DNA of 64,000 nucleotides from Bryobacteraceae bacterium (GCA_049516355.1 JBEKTF010000004.1:1931-65930); one strand, 5' to 3'. Counted from the stretch's first letter, positions 36,197-45,855 are shown. The notes: generated by a model not told the origin, from the letters alone. A program made the numbers and translations.

Positions 36197-38422
36197 TTAA
36201 TCCGCCAGCGGATTGGGCCGGACCTGGAAATGAACCACTTTCGCCATGGTCCCCTTGCCGGTCTCGCTGTGGAATGGTGTGCGCGTGCCCCAGGTGGTCC
36301 AGACGCCTTTCCCTTTCCAGCCCGCCTTCGGATCGTCGATGCGTCCGTCCATCCCTTTAGCGAAAAATCCCAGCGGATAAGGAACGCGCATCACGACGAA
36401 TTTCCCGTTGGCGAGAGCGATCAGGGATTCGGACGAGTTGCCGGTGACGATGGGCGTGTTCTTGCCGAGGCCCAGCGTGTCGAACTGATCGACCCAGTCG
36501 TAATAGTGCGAATCGGCGCTTCCCGAATCTTTCACGTTGGCGAAGTTCGGTCCGGGCGTGGGATAGAGTGTCCAGCCTTCCGGACAGTGCTGCCCCGTCG
36601 CCGTGGGCCCATTCAAAGGCCCTTTGCATTTTCGCCGGTCGAAGCTGGCGAGGTGCCCGCTTCCGAGCGCTACCCAGGCAACACTGTTCTGATCGACATC
36701 CATGCCGCGCGGCGAAAATCCGGAGACCGGCGCCTTCGGGTTGTTGTACGGGACCTCATAGTATTCCGCCAGGGCGGTCTCCGGCGGATTGGAACCCGGA
36801 TTCAGACGCACGATGCCTCCTGGAAAGCCGAGTACGCTGCCCCAGACCATCCCATCCTTACCCACGGCGACGGCGTAAAACGCGGCGTTCAGCCTTGTGT
36901 CGCGGGTTGAATCGACGGGACCGTTCACTGCGGAAGACGTCCCCAGGCTCTCTCCGCTCGGCGCCGTCAACACTTTCTGTTCGGAATCGAGGTACGGGTC
37001 CCGCTTGCCGTTACCGTTGGTGTCGAGCACCAGCGCGGTCCAGCCTTGCGATTTTTGCGCGTCGTGCGTCTCATCCCACATCTTTGTGTTCAGCCAGCCC
37101 ACTACGCCGCCGCCTCCGCCGCTGCTGGTCCACAGCGTGTTGTTGGCGTCGGACGCAAATACCAGGTGATGCGTGCCGAAGCAGGTATCGATCATGGATG
37201 TCTGCTTGGTGGCGGGATCGTAAACTGCCAACTGCCGCCCCGAACGCACCGTCGGTGTGAGCTTCGCGGAGAGCAGATTCGACCCTGCTTTGCAGAATGC
37301 GGGGTTATCGTCCGCGCGGATGCGCGAGGTGTACCAGAGCCGGCCCTTCTCGTCGAACATCGGATTGTGGACTGTTGTATGCGTGTCCCAGATCGCTTCG
37401 TCGCCCCAGAATGTCGACGGAGCGAGCGGCTTCGGTTGTCCCGGAGTATTCGGGTCACGGTAGGGGGTCTTCACCTGGGTGGTGGTGTTGTGAACGGGAT
37501 CGAGCACCGGCAGATAATCGCGGCTCTCTTCGGGTGATCCATAGATCAGTCCGTTGGCGTTGACCGTCGGATTGCGCCGGTCCGTGGCAATCTCGTCGTG
37601 CAGATACGCCTTTGGATCTGCCCAGTCCCACTGAGTGATGACGACGTTACGCTCGAGCCCCTGCGGCCGCGGAGGCGCCTGCGCGGGCAGTTCGCCGCGT
37701 GCGATCCTGGTAGTCCAGTCACCGAACTCCGCAGTGGCCCTTTCGGCGCCCAGTTGACTGAGGCCGCCCATCATCGCGGGACCGGCCTGGCCCGACTTTA
37801 CGCGCCGAAGCCATTGTTGCGCGGGTGAGTCGAGCGGGCGGAAGAGCGGGGGGATGGTGCGCGTATATTCGTTGCCCAGTTCATGGCACGACTCGCAGCT
37901 ATCGGTCTTGATCAGATGCAGCCATTGCCCCTGCGCTTTGATATTCGGTGAAATCCCGTTCCCCTGAGGACCGGTGCCCGGGAACTCTTTCTTATCGGGA
38001 ACCTTAAGCATCGCGTACCAGTAGTTGCCGGGATAGAGTTTTGCGGCGGTCTTTTTGTCGGGAGCCGGCGACGGCTTCAGATCGATCTGTTTGCCGGGAC
38101 GCGTCTGGATTTTAGGAGAGTCCACCAGCCCGTAACCGCGCGCCCAGACCGTGTAGTTGGCCGCGGGGAGAGAGGGAATCAGATAACGGCCCTGATCGTC
38201 CGTAACCACTTCCTTGATGTAGCGCGTGGGCAGATCGGTGGTTTCCGCAATAACCCACACACCGGCTTCCGCGCCGGTGGCGCTTGAAACAACGCCGCCG
38301 ATCTCGTCGGCTTTGACGGTGACCGTCGGGCTTTGTTGAGCCGAAAGGTGTGTAGCCAGGTATCCGGCAATGCCTATCGCGGCAACGCCCGAGAGACAAA
38401 CAAATCCGGCAATTCGCATCAC
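36197..38422 (-). CDS. CarboxypepD_reg-like domain protein with a single CxxCH motif
   Basis: N-terminal GVWVIAETTDLPTRYIKEVVTDDQGRYLIPSLPAANYTVWARGYG is a carboxypeptidase-regulatory-like fold. CESCH at about residue 180. Long C-terminal region of unknown fold. Confidence 0.7.
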   Translation of the reverse strand: MMRIAGFVCLSGVAAIGIAGYLATHLSAQQSPTVTVKADEIGGVVSSATGAEAGVWVIAETTDLPTRYIKEVVTDDQGRYLIPSLPAANYTVWARGYGLVDSPKIQTRPGKQIDLKPSPAPDKKTAAKLYPGNYWYAMLKVPDKKEFPGTGPQGNGISPNIKAQGQWLHLIKTDSCESCHELGNEYTRTIPPLFRPLDSPAQQWLRRVKSGQAGPAMMGGLSQLGAERATAEFGDWTTRIARGELPAQAPPRPQGLERNVVITQWDWADPKAYLHDEIATDRRNPTVNANGLIYGSPEESRDYLPVLDPVHNTTTQVKTPYRDPNTPGQPKPLAPSTFWGDEAIWDTHTTVHNPMFDEKGRLWYTSRIRADDNPAFCKAGSNLLSAKLTPTVRSGRQLAVYDPATKQTSMIDTCFGTHHLVFASDANNTLWTSSGGGGGVVGWLNTKMWDETHDAQKSQGWTALVLDTNGNGKRDPYLDSEQKVLTAPSGESLGTSSAVNGPVDSTRDTRLNAAFYAVAVGKDGMVWGSVLGFPGGIVRLNPGSNPPETALAEYYEVPYNNPKAPVSGFSPRGMDVDQNSVAWVALGSGHLASFDRRKCKGPLNGPTATGQHCPEGWTLYPTPGPNFANVKDSGSADSHYYDWVDQFDTLGLGKNTPIVTGNSSESLIALANGKFVVMRVPYPLGFFAKGMDGRIDDPKAGWKGKGVWTTWGTRTPFHSETGKGTMAKVVHFQVRPNPLAD

Positions 38423-38460
38423 TTACCTCCTCAGATTCCTGGACGGTCAGTATATACCTT

Positions 38461-39597
38461 TTAGAGGAGCAATGTTTCGATGCGATGGGCGTGCACCATT
38501 TCTTCGCAGGGCGACCATCCAAATACCGTGAACCGGCCATCCTGCGACGCCACGAGCGCGATGGCATCCCGCTGATCGTGCGCAAACTGCGCGGCCGAAA
38601 GGTGACGTGTGCCTCCGAGTTGGCCAGGCTCGGCGACCGCCGCAGCGGTTCCCTCGATCGGTTCCGTCACGATCACTCCGCCAACCTGGGGCCAACCGGG
38701 CCGCCGGACGATTTTGGCGCCGAAAGCCAGCAACTCGTATTGATCCGTGATGATCGTGGCCCCGTCAACCGCGGTCAGGCCGGCAATGCCGTCGACGACC
38801 CGTCGCAACGATTCCTGCCAGCGGCGGCGCGACCTCTCGCCGGGATCTTCCCGCATCAGATCCACGAGCGCGCGGAATGGAGGCGCTACCGAGTATGTGA
38901 TGGGATGCAGGATCGATTCCCTCCATAAATGTCCGGCCGCAGGCGCCACAAGCGCGGGCACGACGAGTAACGATCCGCCTCGGCCGTGCGCGCGCATCGA
39001 GACTGCGAGTTGTATCAATACGTTTACGGAATCGGGTGAATCGACATCCGATTGAAGTCCCAACAGCAAGGTGAGCAGTTCCGGGCAGTCTTGTCCCGCG
39101 GCGGCATGTTGATCGATTACCTTGACCTCATCGCCCTGAAGCACCGCGACGTTGACGAACTTGCTCGATTCATCTCCGCGCCCGTGCTTGATCACAAGAA
39201 GCCCGGGCGCGACGACCTCCAACACAAAGCAGAATGGCGGCAAACTGCGAGCCGCGCCCCAGACCAGCAGATCGCCATTCCGGCGGCAGACGCACAGGTG
39301 GATTCCAGGGCGCTCCACGGCGGGCCCCATCCGAGTCAAAGGCTGCGACGCGAGCGGAATCGGCTGTTCGAAAACCAGGGGCAGGTCCACGTGCGCAGGC
39401 GGGACGAACGCGAGAGAAACCCGTGGAGTATAGGTTTCCTCACGCCGAAGGCTTGCCCAGAAAGCGACATCGATCATCGCCTCGATGGTTTCAGTGTCCG
39501 GGAGGAGTTCGGTTTCCGCGAGGTGCTGAGCGTAATGCGGATGGACCCTCAGCGCAGCCACGCGGGCAGCGGGGTAAGCCGGGTGCGTCATTCCCAA
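38461..39597 (-). CDS. diadenylate cyclase (DAC/DisA_N)-like domain protein with an uncharacterised N-terminal domain
   Basis: The C-terminal half aligns by eye to the CdaA pattern: GGSLLVVP (GALIVI), AVDGATII (HDGAVI), LGGTRHLSAAQF (LGTRHRAA), ALVASQDGRFTVF (IIVSEETGGVSV). The start lies 4 nt after the lactate permease stop. Confidence 0.5.
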   Translation of the reverse strand: MGMTHPAYPAARVAALRVHPHYAQHLAETELLPDTETIEAMIDVAFWASLRREETYTPRVSLAFVPPAHVDLPLVFEQPIPLASQPLTRMGPAVERPGIHLCVCRRNGDLLVWGAARSLPPFCFVLEVVAPGLLVIKHGRGDESSKFVNVAVLQGDEVKVIDQHAAAGQDCPELLTLLLGLQSDVDSPDSVNVLIQLAVSMRAHGRGGSLLVVPALVAPAAGHLWRESILHPITYSVAPPFRALVDLMREDPGERSRRRWQESLRRVVDGIAGLTAVDGATIITDQYELLAFGAKIVRRPGWPQVGGVIVTEPIEGTAAAVAEPGQLGGTRHLSAAQFAHDQRDAIALVASQDGRFTVFGWSPCEEMVHAHRIETLLL

Positions 39598-39601
39598 AAA
39601 C

Positions 39602-41203
39602 TTACTTTACCCAGCCCGGCTCTACGTAAGCATAGAACAAGGTCAAAAAACCGATCAGGATAGCGAGGAAAACGCTGTGGCCCAGAGTGAAGCGGAACAA
39701 TTTTCCTTCTTCGGACCGGGCCATGCCGGTGGCGGCGGCGGCGACCGCGATGCTTTGCAGGCTGATCATTTTGCCCACCACGCCACCACCTGAATTGGCC
39801 GCGGCCATCAACGCGGGATTGAGCCCCAGCCGGGTCGCGGTAACCACTTGCAAAGGTCCGAACAGCGCGTTCGCCGACGTGTCGCTGCCTGTCAGGAAAA
39901 CGCCCAGCCACCCGAGCAGCGGACTGAAGAACGGGAACATCGAACCGGTGCCGGCGATCACCAGGGCAAGGGTTGTCGTTGCGCCGGAATAATTCATCAG
40001 GTACGCGAGCGCGACGACAGCCGAAATCGTCACCAGCGGCAATGCGAGTTGCTGCGCCGTAACGGCCGTCCAACGAAGCAGGTTGCGCGGAGAAACGCGC
40101 AGGATGGCGGCGGAAACCAATACCGCAAACAAGCAGGCGCTTCCCGATGCGGAGAAAAGATTCAGCGTATACCTGGCCCCATAGGGCGTTGGCCTGGCGA
40201 CGATCGGTGGCATGCGCTGAACCAGATTATGCAATCCCGGCCAATTAAACACCACCGTCGCTTTATCGAGCATGACCTGGACGTCGTGCATCCCCCAGAG
40301 GAGCACAAACACCACCAGCGTTACGTAGGCCGACCAGGCAAGGAACACATTGCCGCCCGTGTGCCGGTGGGGCGTGGCGGCGACAGAGTTGGCCGGTTTC
40401 CAGACCTTGAGCAGGAGAACCAGGCAGCACAAACAGACGATCGCGGCGAGAAGCGCCGCGAGATAGGGCCCAATGGTCTCGGCAATGATGAATTCCGTGA
40501 CGGCAAACGTAATCCCGCTGACAGCGGCCGCGAGCCAACACTCCTTCAAGGCTTTCACGCCTCCCATTAGCAGCATCAGATAAGCCGGGACGATCGCGGC
40601 GAGCGGCGCGCAGATCAGGGCCGTGTCGGCGGAAAGCGACATCAACGGTAAGTTGGTAACCGCCTGGAGCATAACAAGCGGAATGCCTACGGCCCCGAAG
40701 GCCACCGGCGATGTGTCCACGAACAGACAGATTGCCGCGGCGAAAAACGGCTCAAAACCCAATCCGGTCAGCATGGCCGCGGCTACCGCAACGGGGGTTC
40801 CGAAGCCGGTCGCGCCTTCGAGAAAGGCCCCAAATGCGAATGCAACCAGCAACGCCTGCAAACGCCGATCCCCGGTGAGGCTGCCGATGGAATCCTTGAT
40901 GATTTCAAACTTCCCCGTTTCGACCGTGAGGCGGTAAAGCAGGATGGCGGTGAACACAATCCACCCGATGGGGAGCAAGCCGTAGGCGGCTCCGTAGAGA
41001 GCCGAACTCAAGACCATCAACGGAGGCATCCGGTAGGCAAAGAGGGCTACGAGGGCAGCCACTCCCACGCCGGTCAGGGATGAAATCCAGGCCGGTTTGC
41101 GCGCGACCCCGAGCAGATACAACAGCGAGAAAATCGGCAGTGCGGCAACGATTGCCGACAGGGCAAGGTTGTCCGAGATCGGTGTATAGCTTTGCGGCCA
41201 CAT
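39602..41203 (-). CDS. L-lactate permease (LctP family)
   Basis: MWPQSYTPISDNLALSAIVAALPIFSLLYLLG and overall LctP-like topology. Start moved to ATG 41203. Confidence 0.8.
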   Translation of the reverse strand: MWPQSYTPISDNLALSAIVAALPIFSLLYLLGVARKPAWISSLTGVGVAALVALFAYRMPPLMVLSSALYGAAYGLLPIGWIVFTAILLYRLTVETGKFEIIKDSIGSLTGDRRLQALLVAFAFGAFLEGATGFGTPVAVAAAMLTGLGFEPFFAAAICLFVDTSPVAFGAVGIPLVMLQAVTNLPLMSLSADTALICAPLAAIVPAYLMLLMGGVKALKECWLAAAVSGITFAVTEFIIAETIGPYLAALLAAIVCLCCLVLLLKVWKPANSVAATPHRHTGGNVFLAWSAYVTLVVFVLLWGMHDVQVMLDKATVVFNWPGLHNLVQRMPPIVARPTPYGARYTLNLFSASGSACLFAVLVSAAILRVSPRNLLRWTAVTAQQLALPLVTISAVVALAYLMNYSGATTTLALVIAGTGSMFPFFSPLLGWLGVFLTGSDTSANALFGPLQVVTATRLGLNPALMAAANSGGGVVGKMISLQSIAVAAAATGMARSEEGKLFRFTLGHSVFLAILIGFLTLFYAYVEPGWVK

Positions 41204-41265
41204 GGGGTGTTTTGTCAAGGTATCACAACAGAATAGGGGCGGAACATGAAATAATTGCGAGCGAA

Positions 41266-42090
41266 ATGCCTCAGCCAAGACAAGTCCTGGTACTGCTGCT
41301 TGGTGCTGTCATTCCTATGGCGGCGCAGGAGGCTCCCAAAGTCCGGCGTCCAGGCGGCGGGGCCGGATTGGATTACAAAGCTTATGACGCGGCGACCCTC
41401 GAACGGGGAAAAGCGGCTTTCGTCAGCCAGTGCGGGTTCTGTCATGGGTCGAACGCCCGAGGCGGCGAGAGCGGGCCGGATCTGATTCGGTCGCCGCTGG
41501 TGCGTAATGACGAAGACGGCAACCTGATCGCGCCGGTCATTCTGAACGGACGACCCGTGGCGCGCATGCCAAAGTTCAACATGCCGCGGACCGAAATCTC
41601 GGAGATCGCGGCGTTCCTGCACGAGGGCATCCGCGCGGCGGCCGAGCGCGGCACTTACAAGGTCCTCAACATTGTTACAGGCGATCCAAAAGCCGGCGAG
41701 GCTTATTTCAATGGCACGGGCAAATGCAATACGTGCCATTCGATCACGGGAGATTTGAAAGGAATCGGGGCGAAATACGATCCCGTTACTCTGCAGGGCA
41801 AGTTACTGATGCCGATGGGGGGAGTGGAGTACCAGCGCCGGGCGAGTTCGCCGATCGTCGTGACGGTAACGTTTCCATCCGGCACGTCATTTGAGGGCGC
41901 GCTGGAGCGGATCGACGATTTCAACGTCGCGCTCACGGATGCGAACGGGGATTACCATTCTTTCGCGCGCAAGGGAAACATTCCGAAAGTGGAACTGCGC
42001 GACCCAATCAAGCAGCATTACGACATGCTGTCGAAATATACGGATACCGATATCCATAACCTGACAGCCTGGCTGATCACCGTCAAATGA
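41266..42090 (+). CDS. di-haem c-type cytochrome (paralogue of 15730-16479)
   Basis: Signal peptide. CGFCH and CNTCH. Same architecture as the first cytochrome, with the second haem followed by a beta-rich C-terminal domain. Start ATG 41266. Confidence 0.8.
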   Translation: MPQPRQVLVLLLGAVIPMAAQEAPKVRRPGGGAGLDYKAYDAATLERGKAAFVSQCGFCHGSNARGGESGPDLIRSPLVRNDEDGNLIAPVILNGRPVARMPKFNMPRTEISEIAAFLHEGIRAAAERGTYKVLNIVTGDPKAGEAYFNGTGKCNTCHSITGDLKGIGAKYDPVTLQGKLLMPMGGVEYQRRASSPIVVTVTFPSGTSFEGALERIDDFNVALTDANGDYHSFARKGNIPKVELRDPIKQHYDMLSKYTDTDIHNLTAWLITVK

Positions 42091-42102
42091 AGCGACAGTT
42101 AA

Positions 42103-43725
42103 ATGAAACCGATACTCATTGCCCTTCTAATACCACTCGCGGTGGCGGCTCAAGTTACTCCGCCTGTCGACTCCTGGCCGACATACAACGGCGATTACTC
42201 GGGACGGCGCTTCAGCCCACTCAAACAGATCAATCAACTGAACGTCAAGGCGATGACACTCGCATGGATCTATCATGCGGCCGCCGGCCAAAACGCGCCT
42301 GGCACCATTGTAGGAGGGTTGGGGCCAGGCACTCCTCCGGTGGCGGGAAGAGAGAGCAATTTCGGCGGCTTGCAAATTAAGGCGACGCCGCTGATGCTGA
42401 ACGGCATTTTATATTTCGCGACGCCGGATAACGCCTGGGCGGTGGATGCGCGTTCAGGCCGCGAGTTATGGCACTACTTCTGGAAGACGACTGGCGGCAT
42501 CCATATCGGCAATCGCGGCGTCGGCATTTATGGGGGCTGGTTATTCTTCGAGACACCCGACAACTACCTTGTCTCGCTCGACGCACGCACGGGCAAGGAA
42601 CGCTGGCACGTGCAGATCGCGGATGTGAAGGAGGAGTATTTCTCGACGCCTGCGCCGATCGTCGTGGGCAATCACGTGATGGTGGGAACGGGCGGGGATT
42701 CCCTCGACGTGCCGGGGTTTCTCGAAGCGGTGGATCCGGAAACAGGCGCGCTGCAGTGGAAATGGTGGAGCGAGCCGCTAAAGAAGGGCGACCCGGGATC
42801 CGAGACATGGCCCGACGAAAACTCCATGCGGCACGGCGGCGGAATGACCTGGATACCGGGCACTTACGATCCGGAATTGAAGCTCTATTACATCGGAACC
42901 GGCAATCCGCAGCCGGTCGAGACCGGGCATGGGCGCGAGGGCGATAACCTCTGGACCTGCTCGATTGTGGCGCTGAATATTGAGACCGGGAAAATCGCCT
43001 GGTATTACCAGGTTTCACCGCACGACACACACGATTGGGACGCGGCGGAAACGCCGGTCCTGATCGACGGCATGTTTAACGGACGGCCGCGCAAGTTACT
43101 CGCTCAGGCGAGCCGTAATGGTTACTTTTTCCTTCTCGACAGAACCAATGGCCGGCACCTTGTGACCGCGAAGATGATCGAGACCATGAATTGGTCGAAG
43201 GGCATCAATCCCAAAGGTCAGCCGATCCCGGATCCGGCCAAGGAATCGACAGTCGACGGAGTTCTCGTCTCACCCAATTCGACTGGTGTGACCAACTGGC
43301 CTCCGCCCAGCTTCGATCCGGAAACCGGATTGTTCTATGTGGGCACGAAGGAGACATTCAGCGAGTTCTACCTGACCGATACCGACGCTCACCCCGAAGG
43401 GTATGCGGCGGCGGAGCGCAATGCCGGCACCTGGGGCGACACGCTCCGAGCTGTCGACTACAAAACGGGCAAAACCGTTTGGAGCCACCGCTATCCGGAA
43501 GCTGGCGCCGCGGCTGGAATATTGACAACGGCGGGGAAGCTTCTATTCACGGGAGACGGCTCGCAAAACCTGATTGCTTTCGATCCTCTGACAGGGAAGA
43601 TTTTATGGCATGCCGGGTTGGGCGCGAACGTAAGTAACGGTCCTGAGACTTACATGCTGGATGGTCAGCAATATCTTGTGGTGGGAGCGGGGGATTCGCT
43701 ATTCGCGTTCACCGTCGCACAGTAG
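42103..43725 (+). CDS. PQQ-dependent dehydrogenase (paralogue lacking the vicinal Cys pair)
   Basis: Signal peptide. SWPTYNGDYSGRRFSPL. SPHDTHDWDAA region. The position equivalent to PCCG reads GIHIGNRG. Confidence 0.85.
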   Translation: MKPILIALLIPLAVAAQVTPPVDSWPTYNGDYSGRRFSPLKQINQLNVKAMTLAWIYHAAAGQNAPGTIVGGLGPGTPPVAGRESNFGGLQIKATPLMLNGILYFATPDNAWAVDARSGRELWHYFWKTTGGIHIGNRGVGIYGGWLFFETPDNYLVSLDARTGKERWHVQIADVKEEYFSTPAPIVVGNHVMVGTGGDSLDVPGFLEAVDPETGALQWKWWSEPLKKGDPGSETWPDENSMRHGGGMTWIPGTYDPELKLYYIGTGNPQPVETGHGREGDNLWTCSIVALNIETGKIAWYYQVSPHDTHDWDAAETPVLIDGMFNGRPRKLLAQASRNGYFFLLDRTNGRHLVTAKMIETMNWSKGINPKGQPIPDPAKESTVDGVLVSPNSTGVTNWPPPSFDPETGLFYVGTKETFSEFYLTDTDAHPEGYAAAERNAGTWGDTLRAVDYKTGKTVWSHRYPEAGAAAGILTTAGKLLFTGDGSQNLIAFDPLTGKILWHAGLGANVSNGPETYMLDGQQYLVVGAGDSLFAFTVAQ

Positions 43726-43736
43726 CGAGGAAAACC

Positions 43737-44597
43737 ATGTACTCAAGACGTGATTTCGGGAAGATCGCACTCGCGGGCGTTCCGCTGGTCCGCATGATTG
43801 GCGGCGTTACGACTGCTGTAACGACAGGCGTACAGACTTACAGTTATCGAGACCTTCCGCATGGCGCTATCGACGACGTCGACGTCATCATCGGGGCTTT
43901 AAAAGCGGATGATGCGGGAGAGATCGAGTTATTCTCGCCAGGTATTGAGCCCCGGGGTGTCAACCGCGAGGCACTGCGCCGCTGGCGGCTTTCCACTCCG
44001 ATGGATCATTTTACGGCGATTCGCCGAAAATTCGAGGACGCCGGCGTAACGATCCACTCGTACACAATGAACTTCATCGGCGATTTCACGGACGACGAAA
44101 TCGACAGAACCTTCGACCAGGCGAAAGCCCTCGGAACGAATATCATTGCTTCGTCGACTCAGGTCAACATGGCCAGGCGACTCCTGGCGTTTGCGGAAAA
44201 GCATAAGACGTTGCTGGCATTCCACGGTCATTCGAATACCAGAGACCCGAATGAATTTGCCACACCAGAGAGCTTTCAAACGGCGCTCAGTCTATCGAAG
44301 TATGCCCGGATCAATCTCGATATCGGGCATTTTTCAGCCGCCGGGTACGACCCGGTGGCTTTCATCCAGGAGCATCACGAGCGCATTACGCACTTACATG
44401 TGAAGGATCGGAAGAATAACGACGGTCCGAATGTGCCGTGGGGCCAGGGCGACACGCCGATCAAAGCTGTTCTGCTGTTGTTGAAGGAGAAGAAGTACCC
44501 GATTCCGGCGTTCGTGGAGTATGAGTACCCGGGGACGGGCACGCCGGTGGAAGAAGTAAAAAAATGCCTGGACTATATGAGGCGGATCTTATCTTAA
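43737..44597 (+). CDS. xylose-isomerase-like TIM-barrel protein (sugar phosphate isomerase/epimerase family) with Tat-type leader
   Basis: MYSRRDFGKIALAG leader. HGHSN..INLDIGHF..HLHVKD metal-ligand pattern of the AP-endonuclease-2/TIM family. Confidence 0.75.
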   Translation: MYSRRDFGKIALAGVPLVRMIGGVTTAVTTGVQTYSYRDLPHGAIDDVDVIIGALKADDAGEIELFSPGIEPRGVNREALRRWRLSTPMDHFTAIRRKFEDAGVTIHSYTMNFIGDFTDDEIDRTFDQAKALGTNIIASSTQVNMARRLLAFAEKHKTLLAFHGHSNTRDPNEFATPESFQTALSLSKYARINLDIGHFSAAGYDPVAFIQEHHERITHLHVKDRKNNDGPNVPWGQGDTPIKAVLLLLKEKKYPIPAFVEYEYPGTGTPVEEVKKCLDYMRRILS

Positions 44598-44609
44598 GAA
44601 CGCCCTCTC

Positions 44610-45143
44610 TTAGACCGTAAGCGTGGGATCGGCCCCGGCCCAGGAGACATCCGCCGTGGGGCCGTAAGTGGAAACCACTTTTTTATCGAGCAGCCGCAAA
44701 TAGACGGTCAACTGCGTCCGGTGGTGTGCCGAATGCAGGACTCGCCTCCAGAAGATCCAAATCCGTTGCCGTTCCACATCGAAGAACGGGCGCCGATCGA
44801 TCCACCAGTCATCCGTCTGCTCCGCGAGGAAGTCGAGCCGGGGGCTCGCCAGCTCCACCAACCGGCGCGCGAACGCCTCGGGAGTTTGCTCGACCGGAAG
44901 CACGACCGAAGGATTGGGTTCCGAACTGCCGAGAAACTCCCCGAAAAACCGGCGTTCCGACAGAAGCTGATGCCGGAATATGTCAAGCACGGTGCTGGAC
45001 CTGGGATGCGGACGAAAGGGAAAATCGTCCGGCTCGAATTGCCGGAACACCGATGCTGTCTTGTTGGTCTCACTCGCGTAGGTCTCAAGTGCATGCTGCA
45101 GCAGCGGGTTCCGCGCGAGCGGAATTTCGGATTCGGCAATCAC
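44610..45143 (-). CDS. DinB-superfamily protein
   Basis: 177-aa four-helix-bundle-like protein with H..H pattern (LHSAHHRTQL). Tentative. Confidence 0.55.
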   Translation of the reverse strand: MIAESEIPLARNPLLQHALETYASETNKTASVFRQFEPDDFPFRPHPRSSTVLDIFRHQLLSERRFFGEFLGSSEPNPSVVLPVEQTPEAFARRLVELASPRLDFLAEQTDDWWIDRRPFFDVERQRIWIFWRRVLHSAHHRTQLTVYLRLLDKKVVSTYGPTADVSWAGADPTLTV

Positions 45144-45161
45144 ACCTCATAAAATACCTCT

Positions 45162-45845
45162 GTGGAACCTGTCCGTTCACCCCTCGCCGGCGCCCTGAGA
45201 GCCGTGCCCCTGTTCGCCGCGCTCTCGGATGAGGAACTCGAATTCCTCGCTGGGCGCACCGCTCTGCAAAAAAAGTCCGCGGGCGAGGCTCTGTTTACAG
45301 AAGGTGAGCCTTGCGCCGGTTTGTACATTGTCGGGAGCGGAAAGGTGCGGGTTTTCAAGACCTCGCCGGGCGGGCGTGAGCAGGTGCTCGCCATTCAGGG
45401 GCCCGGAAGCTCGATCGCGGAACTCCCCGTTTTCGATGGTGGGAGTTATCCGGCATCGGCGGTCACAGTGGAGGCTTCCGAATTACTGTTCGTATCCCGG
45501 CCGCATTTCCGCGCCACGTGTCTCGAACATCCGGAAGTCGCTCTCAAAGTGCTGCAAATGGTGGGAGGGCGTTTACGCCGGCTTGTCGGCATCATCGAAG
45601 AGCTCTCGTTCTCGACGGTCCGCCATCGTCTAATCTCGTGGCTTCTGAAGCGTGCCGATGGCGGCGATTCCTTCACACTGGGCGTAACCCATCAGGAATT
45701 GGCGGCGCAAATCGGGACCGTCAGAGAATTGGTCTCCCGGAATATGACCCGGCTGCAGTCGGAAGGATTCATCGGCGTCAACGGTCAGGAGATCACGATC
45801 CTCGACCGCAACGGACTGGAGTCGGATTTGACCCAGGCCCGGTGA
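45162..45845 (+). CDS. Crp/Fnr-family transcriptional regulator (no FNR Cys cluster)
   Basis: cNMP-binding-like fold (LFTEGEPCAGLYIVGSGKVRVFK). C-terminal HTH THQELAAQIGTVRELVSRNMTRL with an RE..SR recognition helix. Confidence 0.85.
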   Translation: MEPVRSPLAGALRAVPLFAALSDEELEFLAGRTALQKKSAGEALFTEGEPCAGLYIVGSGKVRVFKTSPGGREQVLAIQGPGSSIAELPVFDGGSYPASAVTVEASELLFVSRPHFRATCLEHPEVALKVLQMVGGRLRRLVGIIEELSFSTVRHRLISWLLKRADGGDSFTLGVTHQELAAQIGTVRELVSRNMTRLQSEGFIGVNGQEITILDRNGLESDLTQAR

Positions 45846-45855
45846 CTTAAGTCAC
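45842..45855. promoter_or_regulatory. perfect palindrome GTGACTTAAGTCAC (GTGA-N6-TCAC), candidate Crp-family operator
   Basis: 14/14 self-complementary. Overlaps the regulator stop codon. Centred ~52 nt upstream of the ric ATG at 45901. Confidence 0.55.

Noticed and set aside
41204-41265. Imperfect palindrome TTGTCA-N5-TCACAA between the lactate permease and cytochrome c genes, considered as a second Crp-type site.
   Set aside because: The spacing (N5) and half-sites differ from the perfect GTGA-N6-TCAC site, and a single imperfect occurrence is not enough support.
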